Positions 1-13,800 of a stretch of 64,000 nucleotides of DNA are shown here, piece after piece; position 1 is the first letter of the stretch; every line of letters begins with the position of its first letter. This DNA is from Antedon mediterranea. Its lineage: Eukaryota; Animalia; Echinodermata. A model generated the notes under the pieces. That model saw nothing but the letters and a program-made list of their open reading frames with translations. It was not told the origin of the DNA and made no database searches. Location: assembly GCF_964355755.1 (NCBI RefSeq), contig NC_092675.1, positions 1,421,812 to 1,485,811 on the forward strand, in the 5' to 3' direction. The position numbers and the translations under genes are program-made.

Positions 1-415
1 TTATAGCCCTATATATCATGCATTTATATTGCATTTTTTATAAAAAAAATTTAAATTGTAGTAACGTTTTAAAATTGCATAAAATGGAAGCTAGACGGCA
101 TGGACCAGGGCAAGTGGTATTTTTATGCAATAACTGGACCCTACTTGCCCCAACCCATGTATCGTCGCCCCAACCCATGTATCGTCTCCCCGGTCCATGC
201 CGTTTTATAACGTAATTATAGCCCTATAAATTCATGCATTTATATTGCATTTTTTATAAAAATGTTAAAATTGTAGTAATGTTTTAAAATTGCATAAAAT
301 GGCAGCTAGACGGCATGGACCGGGGCAATTTTTACTTGAAATGACTGGACCCTACTTGTCCCAACCCACGTAACGTCACCCCGGTCCATGCCGTTTATAA
401 CGTAATTATAGCCTA
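1..415. repeat. Tandem ~200-215 bp repeat (2 copies visible) with internal inverted repeat
   Basis: Units start ttatagccctata at 1 and ~217; each contains acggcatggacc...ggtccatgccgt. Confidence 0.8.
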
Positions 416-1282
416 ATTATGAGTGAAGAAATAAGTGAACAAAATACAATGAACAAAAATGTAAAATAATGATTAACAGCAAAGAACAATCAATGTTTCA
501 AAGTTTATATCATCAAACAACAAAAATTAAAGATTCAATTTGCTTGAAAGTGTGAAAAGAGTGCCATAAACTGATGGTACATCCTTGGCTAACCAAATGG
601 GGTAGTCAAATGGTGTACAGATGTTTACCTAAGTAATAATTATTTTGTATGGAGCATGAAAATATAATTAAAGCATTGTTATAGTCTTAAATAATCTGAC
701 AGTGAAACCCATAGTATTAAGAGGTAAATTTGGTAGTGATATAATGTCGACAATACATCTACACTGTATAGAAATACCAGAATTGTTGAAGTAAGCCAAC
801 TTTGAAATGAGCTAGAAAGCAAACAAAAAATAATATATCTCCAATTTTTTTATATTATGTAAATATCATGTAGGAGATAATTTTCACAAAATTTCATCTA
901 AAAAAAATTTGTCCCACAAGGTCAAATCCTAGGTCAAATGGAATAGAATAAGTTATACATCTTTTAAATAGTTCTATCTCAAAAGTAAATAGAAGATTTG
1001 GATAGCTTTAACAATTAGCTTTTCAAAGATACCTGTCAAAACAAAATCGGTCCACACGTTACGAAGATACGGTCATTTAAGTATAGCCCGCCGCGTCGAT
1101 TTTGCGCAAAATCGCAAAGAAACGACGGCGCGTAGCGCGCGAACCGTTGGTCGTATGGCGCTCAAATTAAAAATTTCAGGTTTTTTGGCTAAAAATAACC
1201 CAAAAACCAAATTTGAGCAAATTTGAAGAAAGTAGGGTTTAAAATGTCATTTTTTTTGGGTGATTTGGTATGGAATGACCCA

Positions 1283-1804
1283 TAACTAAATGTAGTGATT
1301 GATTGAACACTAGAGGCGACCATCTCTGATAACTAAATGTAGTCATGGATTGAACACTAGAGGCGACCATCTCTGATAACTAAATGTAGTCATTGATTGA
1401 ACACTAGAGGCAACCATCTCTGATAACTAAATGTAGTGATTGATTGAACAATAGAGGCGACCATCTCTGATAATTAAATGTAGTGATTGATTGAACACTA
1501 GAGGCGACCATCTCTGATAATTAAATGTAGTGATTGATTGAACACTAGAGGCGACCATCTCTGATAACTAAATGTAGTCATTGATTGAACACTAGAGGCG
1601 ACCATCTCTGATAATTAAATGTAGTCATTGATTGAACACTAGAGGCGACCATCTTTGATAAATAAATGTAGTGATTGATTGAACACTAGAGGCGACCATC
1701 TCTGATAACTAAATGTAGTCATTGATTGAACACTAGAGGCGACCATCTCTGATAACTAAATGTAGTCATTGATTGAACACTAGAGGCAACCATCTCTGAT
1801 AACT
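1283..1804. repeat. 47-bp minisatellite, 11 copies (ASH2L intron)
   Basis: Unit taactaaatgtagt(c/g)attgattgaacactagaggcgaccatctctga; ends ~12 nt from the splice donor at 1816. Confidence 0.97.
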
Positions 1805-1816
1805 TTGTATACTTAC

Positions 1817-4800
1817 AACAGCATTCTTATAAAGTGAAATAGATGGGTAATACGTCCCTTCATATACATCTTCATATGCAACTCCTTGACATACGCCATT
1901 TTTATAGAAAATTACCTGAGAAAAATATAGATTTTTAATTTAAACATTGTATAGCCGTATAACTAATTTTGATATAAGTTCGCGGTACACCACGTATGTT
2001 AGTTCTGAAAAGAAGTGTTGAGTTTCTCGTCGTTTCGATCAATATGCTTTCGAAACGTCGAGTAACTCAACACTTCTTTTCAGAACTAACATACGTGGTG
2101 TACCGCAAACTTATATCAACATTTGATTTCGCCATGCAACCTTCAAACAATATAGTATAACTAATTATTTTAGTATTTATTATTTCTTTATACTGGGTAG
2201 TCCCTTCAGTCAAAGAGGGCCCAGTTATGATGAGTGGCTGTGTGCGACAGTGGCTGTCTGTGCACTAGTACTCCTACTTGCGTATATTGTTATACAAATA
2301 ATGAATGTTTATGAGTGTAATGGTACAAATAATGGCATGAGGTGAATGATGAAAGGTTATATCAACGAGGCACCGCCGAGTTAATATAACCTTTCATCAT
2401 TCACCAAATGCCATTATTTGTACCATTACACGAATATAAAACATTCATTATTTGTTTTTTATGTCAACAAACGACCAAACAATCCTAGGCCTAGCAAGGC
2501 TAAAACGCCTAGGCTAGGCCTAGCCTAATACTAACAGGACTAGCTAGGCTAGACCTACCTAGTAGTAGGCCTAGTACTAGATTGGCTGAAAGGCAAAACT
2601 TTGACAGACAATTGGAACTTATCTTGGCTAATTATGGTCTTCCACGTCATGTAGGGATGTCCCCATTAATTAATCAAAATCCTAAACACAATCTAAAGCT
2701 AATTTAAATGCCTTTTTGAATGAAATTAGTACATATATATCTCCAAATCGTACACAAAAATCTGCTGCTGTTGCATATCTTGCGGTGGTGTTTACAAACA
2801 ACAGAGGCAGGACGACAGGTGGCGCTGTTGTATTTCACAGTAATTTTTGTATTCTAAATTTTTTTTCATCCACGAAACGTTTTTTTTTTGTACACAAAAT
2901 GTTTAAAAAAGTACTATTAAACGAGCGTTTAATAGTGCGTACTATTGCACGCCATGTGACCCACAATCGTCCAATCAAATTAAAGGAATTTATTTAGGTG
3001 TTATATAAAAACCACTAATGCATGGTGACTACCTGACTCCCTTCAGATTTTTGAAGACGCTGCTCAGCTTCCTGGATTGCATCCTTTTCCTCAAAGTAGA
3101 AATGACTTTTGAATTTGATCAAGGCCTAAAAAACAAAAAAGTTAATATTTAAATTATCTTTTCTCTCTAAAGCGTGTGGCCATTATATCACAATGCAACA
3201 CAATGATGTATCATCGAAGTACCGTATTGCGTAATCACAAGTGGGAATCGATGATGCAAAAGGTCTGCAAACATCGATACGGGAAATCAAATCAGTTTAT
3301 TTTTACGCAACAATGCAAGAACACATGCGAAACATAGTACAGCGCTTAGTCAAGTACTAACATTGACTTCACGCAGGCAGGGCAAACACAATTATTGGAA
3401 GGGCACTTTCTTACATTGCGTAGGTTGCATTGCGTCGCTAGTGATAACCACACTAAATGTATACATAGATTGAAGAGGTATCAATGAGGTATATGATAGA
3501 GATACTGTAGGCTACAGTAAAGTTATGCACACATGGCATTGTATACATGAACATTATATAGACATTTTTAACATATTCTGAAGAACCACAAAAATCAAGA
3601 AATATTTTTTTTCATACTGTAAAGTTTTTATAAATTATTATATAGCGATGGCAGTGAAAATTAGAATCGTTTATAAAATATGGTATGGTTGATATGTTGA
3701 ACATACAGACATTGTATGAACAGTGGTGCATGACCCGATAGGTTGTCATGACTTCAAACTGGTCTCTTACCATAGCGGGTCACATTATTTACCTGTGATT
3801 GTGATAGAGTTCACTCTCTAGTTGAATACCTCTATGGAGCGTATGCAAATGTTAGTTGCTATAATAACAGTAAATACTAGAAAACACTCACCTTATCTTT
3901 GCAGGTAGGTGGTAACAGCTTTTCTGGGGGTAAACTATTAGGTAATTTAATAAAGAATCCAAGGACATCACCACTAGTGTAGTCATCTCCGTAATGCTTG
4001 CCCCTACTCATATGAAACTTGGTTCCTTTCTTACTCCTCCAAGAGTAACTGAATTTGTCATAACCAAGTGGAGCTTGCAGATTACCTACAATTATACAAC
4101 ATTCTGATATTACAAAAATCAGAACAAGTAATTATTCATTGCATTATAAAATGTTTCTTTGAAAGACAGTAAACAAAATAATGTCCTGGTTGTTTTATGT
4201 TAATTTGTCTCTGTGTCCCACTTGTCTTTGTCCCTTCGTTTTGTATCCTAGGCAGATCCGACTCAAGATCCTGTATCTTTCTGGGATCCTGCCTTCTTCT
4301 ATTCCCCCCAGATTTCTTTTTATTTGTACAGTATATGTTATTTTTATTTATTCAATTATTATTTCAATCATAAAGTAAATAAAGGAAGTAAATAAATGTT
4401 ATTTTGAATTGAATAACATACAGAAATGCATGGGCGGATCTAGACATTTTTTAGAGGAGGACTGAATATTGGAGCCACATGGCATTTGCTGAGTGGGAAA
4501 GTTCTATCTTTTTTTCCATTGTGTAAAAAAGGGTACCTGTAAAATGTAGGAGGGGGGGGGGGGGGTCTGCCCTTGCTGATAGTTTTGTTTACCTAATGAG
4601 AGAGACCATCCTATTCTGGTACAGGTTTCTGGGGGCATGTCATCAATAGTAACTTCAAAATACCAGTTACCACGATTCACCCCATGTGTCGCCCTCACCA
4701 TACTGTAGCCTTTCTCACCAGTCACTGTTAATCTGTCATCAGAAATCTTCAACTGTGGAGCTGTAAAAAGAGCGACAAATAATAAATTATAATGAAAATA

Positions 4801-7800
4801 ATGTTAATGTATTTTAAATGTTTTTGCAATCTGGAATTTTAATTCTTTTGTTTATTTGTTATATTTTACCTACGTTTTTTATGTTTATATATTTTTATAG
4901 ATAATTTAATTGCTGTAGGGTACATAAAACAAATTTATAATATTATTGTATATTTATATTGGATAAATAAATGCTGTATATGCAGTGTATTCATTCATTT
5001 ATTTATAATGGATTTTTAACCATAACAAACTGAACATGCCATTACTAATTCACAGGGCCAACATGCCATTACTAATTCACAGGGCCAACATGCCATTACT
5101 AATTCACAGGGCTAACATGCCATTACTAATTCACAGGGCCAACATGCCATTACTAATTCACAGGGCCAACATGCCATTACTAATTCACAGGGCCAACATG
5201 CCATTACTAATTCACAGGGCCAACATGCCATTACTAATTCACAGGGCCAACATGCCATTACTAATTCACAGGGCCAACATGCCATTACTAATTCACAGGG
5301 CCAACATGCCATTACTAATTCACAGGGCCAACATGCCATTACTAATTCACAGGGCCAACATGCCATTACTAATTCACAGGGCCAACATGCCATTACTAAA
5401 TCACAGGGCCAACATGCCATTACTAATTCACAGGGCCAACATGCCATTACTAAATCACAGGGCCAACATGCCATTACTAATTCACAGGGCCAACATGCCA
5501 TTACTAATTCACAGGGCCAACATGCCATTACTAATTCACAGGGCCAACATGCCATTACTAATTCACAGGGCCAACATGCCATTACTAATTCACAGGGCCA
5601 ACATGCCATTACTAATTCACAGGGCCAACATGCCATTACTAATTCACAGGGCCAACATGCCATTACTAATTCACAGGGCCAACATGCCATTACTAATTCA
5701 CAGGGCCAACATGCCATTACTAATTCACAGGGCCAACATGCCATTACTAATTCACAGGGCCAACATGCCATTACTAATTCACAGGGCCAACATGCCATTA
5801 CTAATTCACAGGGCCAACATGCCATTACTAATTCACAGGGCCAACATGCCATTACTAATTCACAGGGCCAACATGCCATTACTAATTCACAGGGCCAACA
5901 TGCCATTACTAATTCACAGGGCCAACATGCCATTACTAATTCACAGGGCCAACATGCCACTAATCTCACTAAAGGCTCAATATAAGCACTACAACCAACA
6001 TTGTGCCATCCTCACTAATCCTTGCCAAAAAGATCACTCAATTCAAGCCTAGGACTCATGAAGACCAGTAACATACTCTCTCATTAAGATCACTAACATG
6101 CTCAGTTAACTAGAGGTCCAACACGAATACATATGTTTTGCCACTAACCTCTATCATGTAGAGCTAAAAGAACTTCTGTACCTAGAGCTGCTCTGTACAA
6201 ATGAGCTGGAATGGGTTTGCCTACAAACTGATCATGGTCAAATGTTTTAGCGGGTGAATGAGGATCCTCTTCCGTCAGGATATAGCGATAACCATCTTTA
6301 TTGTAAGGATGTTCCAGAGGATATCCGTGAGGAGGAAGTTTCTGAGATGCCGAGAAATCACTACAAGTTTAAAAAATTAATTTTAAAGTTGGTCATCTCT
6401 GAATTGATTTCTTGAGTCTGATTAGAACATTAACAATCAGATATACTTACATGGAAATAAAGGCATTAATGTAAAATTATATACTAACTTAAATTACACG
6501 CATGGCTTGGTAGCATTTTATTTTTTCTCAGCATGAAAATCATGAAATAAGGTACGATATAGGTCATTACAGTTTTCTATAACTAAGTCTCATTTGAGGT
6601 TTAGGAAGCAGAGTTAAAAACTCATGACTAATATAACCCTGGCACTACCTAGGTCAGGATTGAACCCTGGACCTTGGGATTGGAAGGTTAACCACCACGC
6701 TACAGCTGCAGTTCTTACCTTCTAGCTTTTTTGCTTGACAAAAGATTCTGACTGCTATCTAGACCACCTTTCCTCTTACTACTACGACCTTTGCCAGAAG
6801 ACGAATTTAAACTTGAGTTGAAGGAACTTGTTAGCAATGAACTCACTTTCTGTCCTAAATCATTTTTACCTTGCAATGTTTGTTTTTCATAACTAGGGCC
6901 AACTTTTGACAAATCCTTCAAATTTAAAAAGTACACAAAAATATGTGTAAAATATGATCTGTATATTCATCTAGTTCAAAGTATGATTTTGCTTTTTTTT
7001 ATTTAATTAAAAGTCAGTGAGTTAAATTAAAAGTTTATTTTCAATACTAAGTTTATTTGCACATATTTATTCCTTATTCTCACAACCAAAAATGCAAAAC
7101 ACTGATGACGGGTTGATAATAAAATATACATTTAAAAATACAAAGATAAAATAATTTTTACAAATATTTAAATTGAGAGTTAAAAGTAGATACAATTAAT
7201 AAAAGTCAAATCTAGATCTTACATCATCTGCAAGGCCAAACAAAGGAAAGTCTTCTTCATTTTCATCTTCATCTGTTGGTTTCTCTTTCCAAATGAAAAG
7301 GTCTGGGTTGCTCTGTAACAAAGTATTAGTAAACATAATATGGCACATTTAGTATTTGTTCTGAACTTAAAAACTTGATAAATGAGGAATTCTATTTGTG
7401 TTCTAAGGTTACAGGTTATCCAATGTTTTAAAAGTGATGGCGGAGTACTGTAGCTTAGCTATAATGGTATAGAAATACTAAATATATAATATGTTTTTAT
7501 TATAGGGTGAAAATAAATAGAGCAGGATTATAACTTTATAAATATGGTATATTTAGCCTACCATAGCTTTAACAATTGAGTTATGCCATGTGGTAGTAGT
7601 CCTGCGTGGCATGGCACTCAGATACTCCCAATGTCTGTTGATATAAGGCACAAGCTCCTTGTCTTTGGAGAACATTCGCTTTGCTTTATCAGCCTTCTTC
7701 TGTTGATGTGTTAGATTAGCAAGAGCAGCAACACACAGCTGACTGAAATCTAATATAAAAAAAAACCAAAATATAGTAAAATCTCCCAACAACAGACTCT

Positions 7801-10800
7801 CTGAAAACCGGAAAGACTTTTCTTGAGGCCCAAAGGGGTCATATATATTTTTAACATTAAAAACACATTCAGAATATCTGACTAGGCCAGCCCAAAGGTG
7901 GGAGAGTTGACTGTATATTAATTGTGATGTCATAACATGAGAAATGCACAAGACAGAACATACAACAATGTATCAATGTGGAATGTTTGATATTTGATAT
8001 AATATAAACTTACTACAAGTCTTCTTGGTAAACTGCTCTATACTGGATGGATGGCATAACCGACAGGTGAACGAATATGCTGTCATGAAAGACATACAGT
8101 AACTAAAAAGAAACAGTTGAATTTAGAGAAGAGAACAGTTAAAATAAGTAATAGAATATTGTAGTCTAAGCTAAATAATAATTTGTGTAAAATAGAAGTA
8201 AAATAAAGTATAGGCCTACAAATGTTACTAAGATACAAACAAGAATATAAAATACAATATTACACGTTTTCTTGCATAAGAATAAATGTAAAGAATTACA
8301 CGCTTCACTGGCTAGACTGGCCATATTCAATGGAAAGTTTTACTACAGACTGGCCTAAACCAGTTTATTACAACTTCAAGAGGTGATATAAGTTTTAGAT
8401 GGTTCTAAACAAATTAAGAGCAGTTTAAATGGGGTTTTGGTGAGGTTATACTTACTAAAATACTAAACTTAATTTTAATAACAATTGTTATACCCAATAT
8501 TAATTGAAACACAGCCAGCATGAAACCATTTGAGACATCCACTACATTGAAGCTCTACACCTTCCAAAGTTCTCTCTTTACCACTAAAATTGTAAGAAAA
8601 ACATCAAGAATGTTGTATTTACAGTAACTGTCATGCTGGTTAAACTCTTTCTACACTATCAAACTAGTTTGACAAAAAAGTGTGATGTGCCCAAAATGTG
8701 GTAGTAATATGACATCATCATGTCCATATATGGGCACATCACATTTGTTGTCACATAAGTTTTGATAGTGTAGACAGAGCTTTAGGGTATGTGAACTTCA
8801 AAGCACAAAAATAATGATTACCAATAACACTCTTCTTCTTTCATCTTTTCATCTCCATTTTCACTTTCTTGTGAGACGTTCTCCTTTTCATCATCATTGG
8901 CAGTGCTGATACTGTCCGTGGTCTCAGAAGCTGTATCCACAGAATCTATTACCTTAGATTCTACTTCTTTCATTTCGACATCTTTACATTCATTCTCTTC
9001 TACTTCTTTTACAGTTTGTTCTTTACTCTCGGTTTCCTTGATCTCAGATTCCTGTGAAGCAACCTCTGGCACTTCTACAGTGACAATGGCTTCACTAGTG
9101 TCTTGAGTATCGACAGAGACTTCCTCTGAAATGGCTACTGAGGTTGATGATTCTGTAACAGGGTCTTCTTCTTTCTCGTCCATCTTTTTATCATTGTCTT
9201 TTTCATCTACTTCCATTTTTTCAACTACAGCCTCATCAACTTTCTCTGTATCAACTTCTTTCACGGTAGCTTCAGGGAGTGATGCATCACTGGCATCTAT
9301 CTCCTTGACAACTGATTTAGCATCATCAGGTTCCTTAGCTGTAGTTTCTGGTGGGATTGTTTCTTTAGAACCAGTTTCTGTAGGAGCTTGAGCTTCAGAT
9401 GGTAGCTCCTTGGCATTTGGTTCTTTAACCTCGGAATCCTTTTGATCACTTTCTACGATCACGTTACTATCTTCTTCTGTTTTATCCGTTTCCATTGGGA
9501 CTTCTGATTCAGTTTCTATATTAACAGAACTAAAAAAAAAACAAAAATGCTTTAATACCATTAATATACAGGCACCATATACAAACACCCAATAACACAA
9601 TTAAAAACCATAATTTTTTCACATTCCTTTACGTAGCTCTGTAACCAAACTCATTGGTTCATTAGTTAGTAATTTTAACATCTGTGCATGCAATATTCAA
9701 CAAGATAGAAAGAAGGCTTATTACATCTACATAAAATAATTTAAAAAACTTAAAAATAAGTTTATTTTGTTTTCTCTTAAATTCAAATTTATTATTTTCA
9801 TGTATCTTTTTTTCAATTCAATTTCTTTTTATTTCGGAAATATCATCCATATTAATAAACATGTATAAACAGAAAAAAACAAATCGTAAACTCTAAACTT
9901 AAGTTTTATAAAGGTACAATTATATTTGCGAGATATGAAAAGATCTACAGTAAAGTGAAGTTCAATAAGACAAATATATGTTTGTGCATTGACTTCTCGG
10001 TCACATCTCTGACAGTCACATCGTTGACGCAGTGCGGTGAATTATAATCACCAAGGGACGCAATTTACAAGCTTGTTTTAGTTCTCAGATTTCCACAATT
10101 TATACACCTTTCTGCTTCTTGATGTATTTTTAATCTTTAAACAACAAATCTGTCAAAACAGAAACAAGTTTTGCTAACAGATAATCTACGCTGTAGGATA
10201 TTAATCATTCTAAAAATAGAGAGTTTACTAAAGATTTGAACTCCAAACAAACAGTACTGTAAACAGCTATACTATGGTTACCTATATAAGAATAGGTAAT
10301 TAATTGAAATCATAGTCACAAAAATATATTGAACTCAAACTAAGAAAAAATTAACAATGTTTCAGAACATACATTTTATACTGTGCAAATAGTGTATTAC
10401 TGTCAGTACAGACACTATGTTTATCTACAGTATATAAGAATAGGTTATTAATTGAGATCATAGTCGTACAGTATTATTACATAAATATATTTTTCAAATT
10501 AAGAAAAAATTTACAATGTTTCAGAACATACATATACATTTTATATTGTGCAAGTATTCACTTAATCATCAACATTTTTATTCTATAATCAATAAAAACA
10601 TATACAAATACAATACAAATATAAATATGATAATGGAATGTGACCAAAAAAAATGTAACCCTAACAAAAAAGATCAAACACGAGTACAAACAAACAAAAA
10701 AACAAACCAAAATAACATAATGTGATTTATTACTGTCAGTACAGAAAAAAAGTAAATGTCAATTGGCATATGAATAAAATCGAAAGTGGCAATACTCAAG

Positions 10801-13800
10801 ATTTAAACTCAAATTAAGATAAATTAGACAGTGTTTTTGGACAACATTCATTTTATTTTAATTAGGCATTAGGAAAAGGTTATACAGTATAATGATGAAG
10901 TTATTAATATACTCAATAATTAGATTTTTAATTTATGTACCATATATTTATTCATTTTGGTTACAGTATGTTCTCTCTATGGATATTTATCTTGAATAAA
11001 TGAATGAAAATTAATGAAAAAAAAAAATAAATTATTCAAAACTAGTGTTAAAATTATATTCATAATCAATATGAAAACTAAACTATTTTTTTAAAGAAAA
11101 GCTTTAAATTAATATTATAATTTATTATATGCTATAATTTATTTTGTTCTCACCATAGCAACGGATGGGCTTAATATTGTGAATAAATAAACATACATAC
11201 AAAACAATCCATATTTTTTAATTGGGAGTATACGGTATACCAGGGAAGAGTTAAATTTGGGTATACATTGTATTAATTCTTAATTCTTTTTCTACCTTTA
11301 CAAATTATGATTTTATTAATACTTAAGTACAGTAGCTTTCTCTTTCTATGAAATCCTTCTCAATCTTTTGTCCTCTTTTAATTTACTATTAGTGCAATAA
11401 GAGAATTAAGTGTAAATTTAAATTGAATATTGTAGCTTATTATTTTCTTATGTAATCATCGTTTTTACCTTTTTTTAACCTTGGCATGATTCATTGAAAT
11501 AAGCAAAAATTTCCTTTTTGATTTGAAAACACACCCATTAGGTTAGAATTTTAGAATTGAAATCAAGCTGCTATCCTCAGCGTATCGCCAAATAACAAGC
11601 TGCTATCCTCAGCGTATCTCAAAATAACAGAACTTCAACCCCATGATTCATTCATTAGGGTTTGTGTTGAATCACCATCAACTAGTTAAGATGGGAAGCC
11701 ATGTGTCGAAACAAAAACATGTTATCTTGCCTGGCTACGAAAATGAGTTCAAAAAAGCGGATATTTTGCAGATATGGCACCTGCCTAGCTCAACCGAGGG
11801 TAAGTTCCTACTAAAACTACATTACTTTTGCAGTAGCGATTGATCCAGGATTTTGAAACACGGCTTAAAATTATGGAACCAAGTGATGAAACTTTAACCT
11901 AATGTCCTATCTTTTGCAATGTAAATTCTGATAACAACCGCCATTTCACATTGTACTTCTAATTTGTATAGCCAATATGATATTTAGAGCACTACTCAGG
12001 CCCGTATCCAGGGGGGGTGCGTTGGGTGCAGACGCACCCCCCCCCCAAGTCCCAAAAGGTCCACTATTTCCTCGGTTGGTATTTTTTCTTGTCTTGTTTA
12101 ACTAAAGACAATATCATTATATATATACAAAATTTACATTATCAATGGTATACAAACAAAAATATGCTAATATAAAATGAAAAAATACCGGTAATTAAAT
12201 TAAAACATGCGCAGTCGATCATGTGACGACAAGCAATAGCTTAGCGCTTCATGTACGCGGTACGCGGTAAAGTGTTTGCTGGAAAAATACAGACAACTTA
12301 ACCGGGGACCAAAATGTGTAATGTAGTTATTTTCCAGGCGAAGTTTACCGACGGTTACCCAAGGGAACACGTGTACTTTTTGTCGGGGAATATAATATAC
12401 AGTAAAAAGCGTTCGCGTTCACTTCGTAGCTAGCTTCAGCGCCTAGAAAACCGCGACGTTTCATTGACCGTGAGAGTACGTCAGAGTGATATTATGCACT
12501 TTATATGCATTCATTATTGCCAGCGATCTAACTTACTACTAAACAATAGCTAGGTACGCACTTGTCTGGCGGTATCCCTTTGTACGAATTGTTCAACGTT
12601 GGGTCGGACGCGTGATATCAAGTTTCATCCAGGGACCAAAATGTGTAATGTGTTATTTTCCAGGCGAAGTTTACCGACGGTTACGTCGTGTACTGCGTCG
12701 ACGTACGCTACACTACAGCAAAAACGAATTATTCGTTTGTTCACCAATTTTTTAATTTACAAGTAACCTTCTGTACCGTGGGGCACCTAAAATAAATTTT
12801 TCATCCATTACTAAAAAAAAAAACATGCCATTTTCGCTTAGCCAACATTATAGCTATAGTTATTACATTTTCAATATCCTGTATGTCATGAATTTCTCAC
12901 CACTCGGAAGTCCAGATGGTACGCATGCATACACCTGGGAGGAATAAACTTATTTCCCCGACTGAAAAAGGTCTACACTTGCGTTTTTTAAGCCTCTAGG
13001 CCTGATGTTTCCAAAGTATAAAATGCAATTTTTTGAAGACCTGCAGCTCTAGTTTTAAACATTTTCTTAGCTCAGCCCCAACAATAAAGCTGGTCATATT
13101 TCGAAGAACAAGAAGTACATTTTCCGGGACCTAACATCTCTATTTTTCAAACATTTCTTAGCTCAGTCACAACCCATGATAGGGACTTATATATTTTTTT
13201 TCATGTTTTGAAGTATAATATAAGTCCAATTTCCGGGACCTCCAACTCTATTTTTCTAAATTTTCTTTGAACTTTTATTTTTTAAATTGAAAAATATGGA
13301 TTGAAACAGTCATCGCGCATCGTTTTTTTGCACGCAGTATTTTATTTATGCATTATAAAAAATGGAAAAAATGGCTACCCTAAATCTGATTAAAAAGACC
13401 TCAAATGACGCTAGAACGCGTTGCTTCCGGGGACCGGGGGCCCTTGGCGGCGGCGCGGCCCCCTGGCCCTCAGCCTAGTGATGCTCGCATAGCCCCCTCG
13501 TCGGGGAATGTAGCCCCCGCGTCGGGAAGATCCTGGCGCCACCCCTGCTAGTGAGTTGGCCTCATCATGAAAGCGTTAAGTTCTGGTGTTCATCGTTCAA
13601 CTAGCCCAAGCCACAACAGAGAGTCTTAAATCAGTCTTTAGAACGTCAAAAAACGCAAATTTTCCGGGGGCCCTTGGCGGCCCTCTGGCCCCCAGCCATT
13701 TTTGCTCGCACCCCCCCATTATAAATGCTGCATACGGGCCTGCTACTGTCTGTCAAGTTCACAGGAAAGTTATCACTTCACAGCTTGACTTAAAAAAATG

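Noticed and set aside
1307-1322. CTCF-like motif (cactagaggcg) in the 47-bp unit
   Set aside because: Several mismatches at core positions of the consensus; too weak to claim without a PWM scan.
1283-1804. Regular repeats resembling a CRISPR array (also 42662-42985)
   Set aside because: Units are head-to-tail with no unique spacers, there are no cas genes, and the context is eukaryotic intron or intergenic DNA.
5036-6052. 338-aa and 285-aa repeat ORFs (MPLLIHRAN)n / (ACWPCELVM)n
   Set aside because: By-product of a 27-bp intronic minisatellite; ASH2L splices across it in phase (6149>4760).
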